The notes: a model not told the origin generated them from the letters alone. 63,352 nt of DNA, filler included, from Gonapodya sp. JEL0774 (GCA_027604505.1; 48 parts of 48 records of this genome joined end to end with filler, not necessarily neighbours in it); one strand, 5' to 3'. Numbered from the whole stretch's first letter, positions 1 through 11,987 are shown. Translations and numbers: made by a program.

Positions 1-817
1 TAACGCCTTTGACGCATTGCTTTGACCGGCAATGTCTTTTTAGATGGGGTATCGAACGTCCATGAATCCACCCTTCTTCTGTTCTCTTCCACGACTTCTC
101 CATGTTGGTGAACAGTTCGACATCGTCCAGTTTATTGCACTCCACAGCACCCAAATGAGTGCGTTACGATTCTTTTAGATGTCCACTCCGTCGTCTAGAG
201 ACGCCGATTTCCATGTGACCCTCCCTTGTCCTTCGCGGCAAATGCCCTGAGCACCTAGATGGGTGGCCATCGGGCCAACAGGGACCGTACGATACAGCAC
301 GTCCTTGCTGCGCACAAACATAGTGAACCTTCATTCGAGTCGTGATTGTGGCCCCACTTCTCCATCAGCGGGCTCACCATGGTCCACGGCAGAGTCACCA
401 CTGCAAGTTCACCAAGTCCCGTTCCGTCGGATGTACACCGAACTCCAGCGGTGTTTGAACGATCTCCAGGTTCCATGGACACCTGCTGCCGCATCCAGCA
501 GGGTCATGTGACGAATTCCGGGCAAAGCTGCCCCTTCCCCAAGTTGCAATTTGGGGGGACGATTGCTAGTTTAGTTGACACGGGGCTGACGAATATCTAA
601 ACATGCAGAATTCCAAGACAAGCGTCTTGTATGACAGGCCATAGCGGGCGCCGAATGCTCGGATAGTGAGGTTGCCGGGGGGTGTACGAATGTCGCCGAC
701 CAGACAGGTGTTGAGAGCCTATGTCGGCAGAACGAGACGAAAAGGGAGGTATTGTCCGATGGAAATGATGATCTCGTTGGGAAGGTCGGTGAAACTGCTG
801 AACGTGGATGATGGCAT
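1..817 (-). pseudogene. Degenerate F-box gene, possibly with ankyrin-like repeats
   Basis: ATG at 817 gives MPSSTFSSFTDLPNEIIISIGQYL (F-box-like start), then an in-frame TAG; weak ankyrin-like fragments (GHMEI, IVRSLL) lie downstream in different frames. Confidence 0.4.
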
Positions 818-1234
818 GTAAATATGCAGTGGGAACGAGAAGTTCAGACATCTGGATCGGCTGAACACCGACGAGAGAGATGGGGTAAGGCACTGAAACA
901 AAACCCGGCCATGTGTATCTCGTTCGGCGGATTTTCACGTAAAGGCGACGCAAATCGCAGTGTAGACCCAGTTTGGGAGTCAAGCTACGACGGGCACGCG
1001 CATCCGACTCAAAAAAAATTGATGGATAAGTGCGCAGGGTCATATTTTCCTGGACCAACGACCGACAAAAACACATGCAGCAGGCAACTACAGCTCGCCG
1101 CTATAAAACACAACACGTTCCCCACCACCCCACACGCTACCGTCTGTGGACATGGACAAGCACAACACCCAACCCAGAGGACAGGGAGAGAGTTTATGCC
1201 TTGACGGCGTACTGGTGATGGGGAGTGAGGTTTT

Positions 1235-1334
1235 NNNNNNNNNNNNNNNNNNNNNNNNNNNNNNNNNNNNNNNNNNNNTTAATTAATTAANNNNNNNNNN
1301 NNNNNNNNNNNNNNNNNNNNNNNNNNNNNNNNNN
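1235..1334. other. Artificial contig-joining spacer (first of 47 identical ones, every ~1.32 kb)
   Basis: 44 N + TTAATTAATTAA (stops in all six frames) + 44 N; the flanking contigs decrease steadily in length. Confidence 0.99.
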
Positions 1335-1355
1335 GTACAGAACCAACCCACGGGG

Positions 1356-1969
1356 TTGACTATAACTCCGGGAATGATATGCCCGAGCCACCTGCACCCT
1401 GCACCAACATGAGACCGTGACTATAACTCCGGGAATGATATGCCCGAGCCACCTGCACCCTGCAGTAATATGAGACCGTGACTATAACTCCGGGAACGAT
1501 ATGACAGGGCCACCTAGACTCTTATGAGACCGTGACTATAACTCCGGGAACGATATGACAGGGCCACCTAGACTCTTATGAGACCGTGACTATAACTCCG
1601 GGAATGATACGACAAGGCCACTTAGACCCTCCACCAATGTGAGACTGTGACTATAACTCCAGGAATGCTACGACAGGGCCGCCTAGACCCTCCACCAATA
1701 TGAGACTGTGACTATAACTCCGGGAATGCTATGCCGGAGCCACCTAGACCTGCACCAATATGAGACTGTGACTATAACTCCGGGAATGCTATGCCGGAGC
1801 CACCTAGACCTGCACCAATATGTGACTGTGACTATAGCTCCGGGAATGCTGTGCCAGAGCCACCTAGACCTGCACCAATATGTGACCGTGACTATAACTC
1901 CGGGAATGCTGTGCCGGAGCCACCTAGGCCTGCACTAATATGTGACCTGTGACTATAACTCCGGTAATG
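1356..1969 (+). repeat. Minisatellite, 10 full units plus a partial unit, 54-61 bp
   Basis: Units begin (G/T)TGACTATAACTCCGGGAA, with minor variants, at 1356, 1417, 1478, 1532, 1586, 1647, 1708, 1768, 1828, 1888, 1949. Confidence 0.97.
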
Positions 1970-2666
1970 AAATCAGACCTGCCCCACTGCCATCCCACAA
2001 AAATGATTTCCGAATTACTGAGAAATTCTGACTGGGAAGTGAAAGTAGTTGCCAGGGGAACTTGGGCCCAGCATATGTATGTATCACCTTCAGTCTGTTA
2101 GTGGGTGACCCTTATAAGTCTGTGATACTTGTTATAAATTTCTACTCTACTTCCTGATGCTCCTGTCCCCACACCATCTTTGAACATACCTGCTGGAAGC
2201 GTAAGCAGAGAAGCATGAAAGCATAAGGTGTTACACACATTCATGTTGATTGACAAAAAGTATAATTCAAGGGTTTGGTGTTCAAGGGGAAGTGATACAT
2301 TGACAATATTACACACATGAAGAGGATGTTCACTCAACATAAACACAAACCATATCACACTGGAAACAAAATCAGTGAATAAACATATTGTACTCTACCA
2401 AGGAATATATATGTATAGGTGCAACTGTGCATCACCATGAAGGAACAGCAAAGTCAGAGGACAGTAAAACAATCCACCACTTTGTGTACATTATTAATGT
2501 GAAATTAATGTTGAGAAGAAAAAATTAGTCCCATCTCAAATATCTTAAGGGGGAGGTTAGCTTGGTNNNNNNNNNNNNNNNNNNNNNNNNNNNNNNNNNN
2601 NNNNNNNNNNTTAATTAATTAANNNNNNNNNNNNNNNNNNNNNNNNNNNNNNNNNNNNNNNNNNNN

Positions 2667-3551
2667 TTTTCGTTGCATTTTCCCCAATCAGTGTTCCTCG
2701 AAATTATACTCTGATGTCCCCTCCACCTGAATTGTTTTCCACTTGGACATCACACTCAAGATCCCCATCACGCTCTTCATCGATGCTCAATACGTGCTGG
2801 GAAAATACTACCCACACTTTCTCTCGTGGGTGGTTGCGGAGTGGTGGGCAAGCGAATCGGGCGTGGGGGAGCCGTTTTACCGAGCCAGTAGTGAGTTAGC
2901 CCGAGTTCGTGAGACTATGGGCATGCGGAATTCATGAACGGAACTTTCTAATGGGACCCCCCGCTCCATCGGTGGTACCTAGTCGTAGGACATATACCTT
3001 GGTTCGCATCGTTCATTTGGGGGGAGATTCTCGTTGAGTTGCCAATGTTTTTTGTGATTTTGAAGGCATTGAAGAACGGTGAGTGGAGGCAACCTCTCGC
3101 CTCTCCTCTCGTCCTTTGTTTGAGTTTGACCACTCCCACCTTGACTTCCCTGCACTGCCGATGCTGTGACCGGAATCACCACAAACAACGTTCGCCTCCC
3201 CGGTTCAAAGACTCTCCCAAGTACGACCCGCTCATCCTCCTCTACTGTGGCCACGTTCTGACGACAACATCTGCCATCTTCTTTGAACTTTGGAGTGGTT
3301 ATTTCCTCCCTCCGCCGGTTTCTCTCTTTCCGGCCATGTCAAACGTTGTGGCTCTACTCTCGAGAAAGTTGCAGCCGTGGCAGTTTCTTGCTGTGAATGT
3401 TGCATACGCACCTTTTTTTGTGATGCCGCTGCTCTTGGCGATGAGGCTGGTTGGGAGATCGGAGTGGTGGATGAGGGATGGTGGGGAGAAAGGTAGTGTG
3501 CGAGCCGGAGCAGCTGCTGTGGTCCCAGGTGCGGGAAAGAAAGAACGATAG
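2667..3551 (+). CDS. TMEM97/MAC30 (EXPERA domain, sigma-2-receptor-like) membrane protein, 5' partial, spliced
   Basis: IPITLFIDAQ, PWFASFIWGEILVELPMFF, LILLYCGHVLTTT, AYAPFFVMPLLL; basic C-terminus GKKER; stop at 3551. Confidence 0.8.
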
Positions 3552-4933
3552 ATATCCGGCTGTGATGGAGGCCGAAGGGAATAACGAAAGTTTTCATCGG
3601 TTGAGAACAAGGCTTTTTTCAGAAATGATATGTTCATTTAGCAAAGGGTCAGCTTTTGTGCAAGAGTTGTAATCCGGTGGCCGAATGGGCGGAATCTAAC
3701 GGTTCTGTGCCGTTAGCGCGAGTTCGACTCCGAAGAAGGCTGTGAAGATCACTTGTACCATTTATAGACACCGTTCCTGCGGGGTCATTTCTCCTACTTT
3801 CGAGAAGGAGGAACAAGGTGTATCAGATGCCTTTTTGGCGAAAGTTTCTTCCATCGTCACTTTGTTTTGCTCGCTGTCATTCGCTGTGAAGTGGACAGNN
3901 NNNNNNNNNNNNNNNNNNNNNNNNNNNNNNNNNNNNNNNNNNTTAATTAATTAANNNNNNNNNNNNNNNNNNNNNNNNNNNNNNNNNNNNNNNNNNNNTT
4001 TCGCAAGCACTGAGCGCTCAGCCCGCAATCAAGCCCATCCTGGGAGGAGACTGCTTAGCGTATCGCATGCGTGCAAGATGTGGTGATGGCTTTGTCGCAG
4101 ATGGCGATCTTTTGAACATGTGGTGGGGACTGATCGCGAAAGAAAGAGATGAAGTGGCTAATACCGCGGACAAGATATGGAGAGCGAAACAGCGAAATCT
4201 AGGTGGATCAGATGTGCACCTGGACGGTGACTGGATCGACAGAGCCCTTTGGGAACTCGGGGATGCCTGTGGCCTCTGATCGAAGTTGTTCGGGTGAGTG
4301 GGTGCCACTGGAAACCAAGCACACCCGTCTGTTAGCTGACTAAGAGATCTAGTATCACTGGCAAACCGCTATGGATGCACCGTTTTGTATGATCTACCGG
4401 TCGCATTCTACGATCCTAATCAATCCGGTCCCAGGTTTCCCCGGTCGAATGTAGGGGACCGGGGTAGCATGCTCCGAAGGTGCAAGAGAATGTACATATG
4501 CCCATACTTCGAAAATTTGATATTGTTGATGCATTCAGAGTCGCTCGCAAGTTCGCTGAACGATCAATACGTAACAATTAAACTCGACATACCCATTAAC
4601 AGCTCGGGCCTCTGACTAGAATCATGATGAGCTCGTTATCAATATCATTACTGGTTCTAGCGCTTTCCGAATATTGTAGTTCTGTACTACACGCAATATA
4701 GAAATGAATCCGTTCCGCTATGACAACTTTCACGGCCATACCGAGAAGGGGAATAGACCGACGTCACGGGGCGCGCCCACTTGCGACTCTCAGCCGACAA
4801 AAAAAAAAAACTCAAGAATTGTTCTGTAATAGCTGAAATAGCTACCATGCACCATACATACGTCATACACCGATTCCGAATTTGAAATTTCTCTCATAAA
4901 TAGTCATCCTCCTCATCCACATTGTCGACGTCC

Positions 4934-5230
4934 TCATTGCCCACCTCGTCCCCTTGTCTTCCTCACTACATAGTCACTTTCCTCTTCTTCCTTTCCCTCC
5001 TCATCCTCCTCACGTTCCTCTTCGTCCTCGTCTGTCTCGTACCCCTCGCTCTCTTCATCCTCCTCCATCCTCTGTTCAGAATCATAAACTTTCAAGTATC
5101 CAGCAGACAAGTTGCACTTCCACTCAACAGATTGTCCTTCCAACAAATGGAGATTTCCTCCAAGTGTTTGGTCTGTCCACATGCTCACATCGTGCTCCTC
5201 ATCTGCTACGTCCTTTCTATTCACAGTTGA
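4934..5230 (-). CDS. 3' end of an unknown protein with a highly acidic tail
   Basis: ORF open from the contig edge, ending EEDEESEGYETDEDEEEREEDEEGKEEEES...; no family recognised. Confidence 0.35.
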   Translation of the reverse strand, partial: STVNRKDVADEEHDVSMWTDQTLGGNLHLLEGQSVEWKCNLSAGYLKVYDSEQRMEEDEESEGYETDEDEEEREEDEEGKEEEESDYVVRKTRGRGGQ

Positions 5231-5330
5231 NNNNNNNNNNNNNNNNNNNNNNNNNNNNNNNNNNNNNNNNNNNNTTAATTAATTAANNNNNNNNNNNNNN
5301 NNNNNNNNNNNNNNNNNNNNNNNNNNNNNN

Positions 5331-6561
5331 AGCATCCCCATTTGCAAACATTTGCTCAAGACAGTCATAGTATCTCAAGGAGAACATAACTGCCATGCAA
5401 GTAAATACACCACAGTTGTATCCATCTGGCTGGACATACCAGTTCTATTGCAGAAATCTTTGTGAATTGCAGCTGCAGCATACTGTACACATTTTGAACT
5501 CACCTTAGCTACAACAACATTCACATGCCTCCCAATGCTCTTCCCCAGGGCTTCATTCAGAACTCTTCGACACCGAATTAAGTCCACTTCATAACGCCTC
5601 CAGGGGTTCTTAATTGAGTCCATAATCAAAAAAGTATCAAATTCAACGTGATACAGAACCAAGTACCAGTGGGTGTTGGTAACATTAATTGGCATAAAGT
5701 ACAACTCTGCCTCTCTCAAGAGCTCAAGATTTCCATGGCCCTCAATCCAAAGGTCATGCAGGCTCTCTCTGCTACGCTGATGCTCAACTGAGGTAAAGAA
5801 TGAGTTGACATAGCCCACTCTTGGAACTCCCACAGGGAGCTCTGCATCATTAATGGCTCTGGTGGCCAAGGCCTCAATTGGTGAATCTGAGATGAATCTT
5901 CCATCAAGCAAACTTTGCAATTCTCTATAGATTGCTGGTTTCCCATCTAGGGGAATTCCTGCTCTGTAGTCAGCTACATACTGTTCCCAGTTTTCTCCTT
6001 CTGGAAGAGTGGCAAATGAAAAAGGAAGGAGTTGGGCGAAGCTTACATCTCCAACCATATCAAGCACTTCATGTGACTCTAAGACAACTGGTCTGTGAAG
6101 ACGGCCACGTGCAAACTGCTTGCTTGGTGGGCTTAGTTCCACAACTACTTCATCCCACTGCCTTTTTATCCCTTTGCTAGAAAGAAGGGATTGAGATGCA
6201 GTTGGGGCCAGCTGATGCTTTGATTGCATTTCACGATCAATCTGAGCTAGGAAGGAGGATATTTGTCTGCCATCAACCTTTGACAGGTCTGGGATTCGCT
6301 CATCAAATTCCTCAACTGAATAGGACAATGCAGATCTATGACAAGCCAGTAGATAATTAAGCAACTGCCTCACTGATGCACTGTAAACATCTCACCTGAG
6401 CTCCCAAGACGACTCCACAGCTGGATAGCCAGCCCACCATATCAAGTATTCAGTCAATTTTCTCCTTTTTCTTGTTGCAAGAACTGCTCGAATACCAATA
6501 TTGTTCAGTTCATAATTGGGATCCCATAAATGTCTTAGGTGTTGGGGAATGTTAACAGCTG
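5331..6561 (-). CDS. Chromodomain + Ulp1/SENP (peptidase C48) protein, partial at both ends, 2 introns
   Basis: Exon 6561-6396 IRAVLATRKRRKLTEYLIWWAGYPAVESSWEL (chromo); intron 6395-6336; MPINVTNTHWYLV (His), LIMDS (Asp); intron 5503-5445; NWYVQPDGYNCGVF (Gln/Cys). Confidence 0.85.
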
Positions 6562-6661
6562 NNNNNNNNNNNNNNNNNNNNNNNNNNNNNNNNNNNNNNN
6601 NNNNNTTAATTAATTAANNNNNNNNNNNNNNNNNNNNNNNNNNNNNNNNNNNNNNNNNNNN

Positions 6662-7892
6662 CGGAGCGCGAGTGCGCGTTGAACTCCTTCATACACTGCG
6701 CGACCACCTCGTCCACACCGGGTTGCACGGCCTGCCACTCCGCGTCGACCGCGACTCGTACTCGAGATGAGGAGTGCCGGGCGCGTGATATGAGCCCGCG
6801 GAGGATCTCGTGGGCCCGGTCCAGGTGGAGGAAATCGGGGCGGAGAGGTGGGTGCAGGGAGGGGTCGAGGTCGCGGGTGAGGGTGGGCGGGCAGAGGAGG
6901 AGGAGGAAGGGGCGCGCATCGGGGGAGAGGGGGGACAGGGGCTGGGGGTGGTTGGGGGTGTGGTGGGGTGTGGTGGGGGGGAAGGGGTGAACACTCGGAG
7001 TTGACGACGCACGTGATGTATAGACAAATAACTCACGCTCGAAAAGTCGATCCAGTCCACGCCACGTTCTTCCTCCCCAGTAGGCGATCTGGTCCGCCCG
7101 TTCCACACCGAGTCCGCGACTGCGCGCACGTGGGTCGTCCAGCGCTCCTCCCCCTGCCGGGCCTGCACGCCACCCGTTCCCGCTTCCTGTCCTACCATCG
7201 CCCGTGCGAATTCCTTCACACACTCCTCCACCTCCTCTCTGGACCTCAAGACCCCCATGCCATCCCCGGCCTGCGTGTATCGTTCGAACGTGTTTCTCAG
7301 TGTGCGTACGAGGTGCGACACCCGGGCCAGCGACTGGGGCGGGCAAAAGGCGGTGACCTTGAGCGCCACGAATGCGTCGCCGACTCGGCCGGCCACGTCG
7401 ACGGTGCGGGTGGTGGCGAGGACGATGGGGGCGGTGAGGGGGAGGAGGGTGGGCGGGGGAGGTGAGGTGGTGGAGGTGGAGGTGGAGGTTGAGGTGGTGG
7501 ACGAGGAGGTTGAGGAGGTAGAGGCGGTGGTGGTGATTGATGGGTCAGAGGCAGGGGACTCGGAGTCCGGTTCGGACTCCATCTCAGCCTCGTAGGCCAG
7601 GTCGAGTATGGCGCGGACGTTGCGGGAGCGGAGGGAGGTGATGGTGGCTAGTGTGTTCACGACGGCGATAAAGGTCAAGGGTCAAAATCGCCTCCGGTGG
7701 GTATAATTCGCCTCCGGCCCTTGGGTCGGGAAAAGTGCTCGCCTTCGGCTCGCGCTGGATCAATCGCCTCCGGCGGACTGTGCCCGTCGCTGACGCTTGG
7801 GCGAGGGCGCTCCAACCCGACCCACCTTCAACCTCTTCATCATCGACCCCCCCACAAAACTGCCTGAAGAAACTGTTTCTGACGACCTCCTT
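6662..7892 (-). CDS. PUT1: Proline dehydrogenase (PRODH/Put1), internal fragment, spliced
   Basis: RNSFFRQFCGG, AILDLAYEAE, FVALKVTAF, VRVAVDAEWQAVQPGVDEVVAQCMKEFN match PRODH motifs. Confidence 0.85.
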
Positions 7893-7992
7893 NNNNNNNN
7901 NNNNNNNNNNNNNNNNNNNNNNNNNNNNNNNNNNNNTTAATTAATTAANNNNNNNNNNNNNNNNNNNNNNNNNNNNNNNNNNNNNNNNNNNN

Positions 7993-8078
7993 TTTGCTCG
8001 TGTGATAACACCGTAGAAGCTTTTCGGGGTCAGGAAGCGAAAAATCTGGTGGAGAAGTTCAACTGGAAGTGTCTCCAT
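7993..8078 (-). CDS. F-box protein N-terminus, 3' partial
   Basis: METLPVELLHQIFRFL is a typical F-box start. Confidence 0.65.
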
Positions 8079-8445
8079 TTTGTAAATTTGTGTTTCTGAC
8101 AAGCTGAATAGGGAGATGAGGTTCAAGGCACGGGACGCGGGGGGCAGTGCATCGTGTGAAAATGAATCTGCGCATTCAACGTGACTCAATATGAGAATTC
8201 ATGAGGAATACATATAACGAGAGAGCTTGCAACAAAAGCATGCGCTTGCCCATCTTTGTCGATACTCAAGTTACCTTCCAAATGTAAATTATCATCGGCT
8301 GAACTGTGCAAGCGATTTTCACTCGGACCACATTTGCGAATGGGTACACCTAGAACGCATGTCGCGAACTGGAAAATTAATCAAGCGACTTTAGGAGCCA
8401 GTGCATAGCATTTGCAAACACGGGATCTCCAACTCACGATATGAA

Positions 8446-9222
8446 TCAACTCAGTAAGATCCCATTACGTATCACGATCAAGCTGTTGTCACCAGCATCA
8501 GCTTTTCGTAGGATAGGAGGCCAGTATTTAGTACAGTCAATCCCTCGGAAGTAACGGCGCACGTTTGAGATCGTGATGGTGCAGGTAGACGGTGCATTTG
8601 CCACAAGCGAGACCAAGAACGAGCCAAGTGCTGTTGCACCTTGACTACTGTGCTGTATGCATTGTACTTGAACTGCTTTTACGTGTGGCACGACTTGTAG
8701 CACGCTTTTGGCGATTTCAGAAGGAGTTTGTTTGTGGTTCTCGGGATCATCAAATTTGTCTGACTGGACGCGCATGTTGAAACTCTCAACTGTTGGAAAA
8801 ACGAGTGTGTCAGGAAAATGTTGGGAGACCATCTCTTCGTGGATATCAATCCAGCCAAGGTCTTTCAAGTTTGGATAAAGGAGAGGTGCCAGGAGCACCG
8901 GATGATTGAAGTATACGAGAAGGGAAGTCACTGATGCAAGCCGGGATTCAGATAATCTGCCACGCAGATCATTTAAAGTACCAAGAACGTTGGCGGTTGC
9001 TGGGAAGAAAACCTTGCCTCTCAAGAATCTCGCGGAGGGGAACCGTTCCAGGAGATCCACGAGATTGTCTTCGCGAGGAGGCATCTTTCCTTCCTCTCTC
9101 ACGGTGAGGGTTAAACTTGTATCCACTTTCACGTGTGATGGTAGAGTCACCATCAGATTCGATATATAGGGATCCAGCGTGATCCCTTGCGTTCGTACTC
9201 TTTGGCCAAAAGTCATGACATC
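8446..9222 (-). CDS. Hypothetical protein C-terminal part (possibly a degenerate LRR/F-box family member)
   Basis: Uninterrupted ORF of at least 256 aa reaching the contig edge; Leu-periodic segments (YPNLKDLGW, VPHVKAVQV). Confidence 0.55.
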   Translation of the reverse strand, partial: DVMTFGQRVRTQGITLDPYISNLMVTLPSHVKVDTSLTLTVREEGKMPPREDNLVDLLERFPSARFLRGKVFFPATANVLGTLNDLRGRLSESRLASVTSLLVYFNHPVLLAPLLYPNLKDLGWIDIHEEMVSQHFPDTLVFPTVESFNMRVQSDKFDDPENHKQTPSEIAKSVLQVVPHVKAVQVQCIQHSSQGATALGSFLVSLVANAPSTCTITISNVRRYFRGIDCTKYWPPILRKADAGDNSLIVIRNGILLS

Positions 9223-10652
9223 NNNNNNNNNNNNNNNNNNNNNNNNNNNNNNNNNNNNNNNNNNNNTTAATTAATTAANNNNNNNNNNNNNNNNNNNNNN
9301 NNNNNNNNNNNNNNNNNNNNNNGTTCAGGCAGCTGTGGTTGTTGAAGACAGTGGAGACGAGGAAAGGCTCGTAGAACTCACCAACGAGAGCCCCCTACGT
9401 GCAAGCGAGGTGATCTCATTGAAAACGGACGTGAATTGCACGAAGAGCCTGAAAAATTCGACAAAGCGGTTACAACGCAGGCAGCCAACTGAAATGGGCT
9501 TTCTGATAGAAGGAGCAACGAAGGGACATCCACACAATCCCGCTCTAGCATTCAATCTCAACACCTAGTGGTGTCCAAAGTCGAGGCTGATACCACAAGG
9601 GCGGCCACCCGCATTACAGTGAATGAGGTAGAAGTAAAAATTGATGCTGAACCGGTAGGAGTGTGCAATGGGGAGGTGAGCTTTTTGAGGTGGTCCAATT
9701 AAAGCAACACCTCCATCCTACTCGATCATTATCTGTCTGTACTTACCCTGTGCCAATCATCATTAATCATTCAGCTAGCACTTTAACACACAGTCTTTAA
9801 TGGGATCATCAATCGGAAACGGGGGAGAACAGGGAAAGTGAGTGATTCGCTAGTGCCTGTGAGATGTGGGCTGTCCCTCCTTGCACACACACAAGTTGTT
9901 TACCTTCTCTTCATAAGATATTCAAATATTTGAAGCTTCTGCCATAGCGTTACATAATGAGCGGAAGATTGGTTTCAAAGAACTATTCCCGAACCACGAT
10001 GCTTTCCTCAACCACATTCGTATTAAAATGCCTCGCAATGTGCAAAATAAAGCATTATCGGATAAATATCCACATATAAAAAGATAAAAAGGTATCCAAA
10101 ATGACCAGACTACCAAAATCACGGATGTATCATGGGATCGAAATCAACGCGGTCGTGAACCCTCACAACACGTTGCGGCGCCTTACCAAAATTGCAGGCC
10201 GACCTCTCCTTCTCAGCCGCGTGACTCTCCTTGCCTCGGTGTTGCCCTGGCCGCGACCTCAACGGCGTTCCGCCTTGCTCCGGGCGACTGATTTCCCATA
10301 GATCCCGAGCTCCTATTTGGCGCAACCCATGGTGACGGCATTGGCGCTGGCGATGTGACTACAGATATGTGCGGCGACGCTGTCCCGGGGAGGTGGGGTT
10401 GTGCCGCGAGTAAGTTGCGGATCCGGCCCGTCGTAGGTGTGTTCGCCGCCGAGTCAGTGGAGAGGTTGCGAATTTGGGAGAGGAGGAGTGCAAAGGAGTC
10501 GCGCTTAGGGTGATCGTGGGAAAACACAATGAGCGCGGTGAGTTGGTGACCCNNNNNNNNNNNNNNNNNNNNNNNNNNNNNNNNNNNNNNNNNNNNTTAA
10601 TTAATTAANNNNNNNNNNNNNNNNNNNNNNNNNNNNNNNNNNNNNNNNNNNN

Positions 10653-11881
10653 AACGTCAAGACTCCAACTGACATCGCGGTTGTTTGCCAACCATGCATG
10701 GAAGGCAAGCAGACTTACCGCTCTTCCAACTGGAACACGTCTAATGGTCCGCGCTCCACTCGGGTCCTCGGTCTTGTGCATATGGATCTGGGAGCGGCGA
10801 GTACTGTGTCGGTTGAGAACGCACGTTTTTGGTTAATGATCGTGGACGACTTCTCGAGCATGGAATGGACCTTCCCACTTACCTCAAAAGCGAAAGCTCC
10901 AGTGGCGTTTGATGCTTGGAGGACTTGGGCCGAGAGGTACACTGGAGAGACGGTCCGGGAGGTGCAGGTGGACAAGGGAGGCGAGTTTATGTCGAAGGCA
11001 TTCGCGGGTCACCTGGAGGAAGATGGTGTGCACGTCTACAAGACGGTGACGGACACTTCAGAGCAGAATGGGGTAGCGGAGCGGCACATCAGAATCACAA
11101 CTGAAGGAACACGTACCTTACTTGCGTCATCCGGTCTTCCTAAGAAGTATTGGGTGATGGCGATGGACTCGTTTGTTTACGTAAGGAACCGGACTGTCGT
11201 TGGGAAGCTGGGTAAGACTCCTGTGGAGGTGTTCACGGGGAGGAAACCGGATGTGAGCCACCTTCGCATTTTCGGTTGTGATGCTTACCTTCAAATCCAC
11301 GACAACAAGCGTCGGAAGATGGACTCTAAGTCGCGGAAGCTGGTGATGGTTGGGTACGCGGAGAAAGAGGGGATGAAGGGGTATCGACTTTTGGACCGAG
11401 AGACGGGAAAGTTGTTCTCGGGGAGCACTCGGGACACTGTTTTCGATGAAGCAACTCACATTCGAAAAACTTTCCCTCAGCTCTCTCCTGACTCTCTCCT
11501 GCAAGAACTTCAAGAGCTTGTCGACAACTCGTCCAACCCGACTATGCCTGCCTTGATTGACGACAAGGACGAAAAGGGCAGCCTTCCTGAACCACGAGGC
11601 GGTATTCGGAAGGGTAAGGAACGCGTTACTGATGACGACGGGTCGGCGCGGTTGTCTGGGGGAGATATGTCGGATCGGGTGCAGGAAGTGGTCAGGACAC
11701 CAGAGAGGCCTAGTCAGCGTCTGCTTCAGACACCTGGAGCTCCCACCAAGGTCAACAAATGGTCAGCTCTTCCTCCGCGAACCAAGATTCCTCGGCGCGC
11801 TGCACAGCAGAAATTTTATGGAGATACCTCGGACTCTGTGAATTGTTTGGACTTTTCCGGTGAGAGCATCAATGTTGTGAG
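10653..11881 (+). mobile_element. Ty1/copia LTR retrotransposon pol fragment (integrase)
   Basis: Open across the whole contig: CQPC zinc-finger end, LVHMDL, VDKGGEF, EQNGVAER (DDE), PDVSHLRIFGC, KGYRL. Confidence 0.97.
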
Positions 11882-11987
11882 NNNNNNNNNNNNNNNNNNN
11901 NNNNNNNNNNNNNNNNNNNNNNNNNTTAATTAATTAANNNNNNNNNNNNNNNNNNNNNNNNNNNNNNNNNNNNNNNNNNNNCGGTGT

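Noticed and set aside
1708..1938. ORF with a 20-aa C/H-containing repeat
   Set aside because: By-product of the 60-bp units; the 61-bp units break the frame
1356..1969. CRISPR-like array (conserved head plus variable segment)
   Set aside because: The variable parts are homologous to each other rather than unique spacers; eukaryotic context; no cas genes
2540..2566. Polypurine tract AAGGGGGAG suggesting an LTR boundary
   Set aside because: Not followed by TG, and the contig ends immediately
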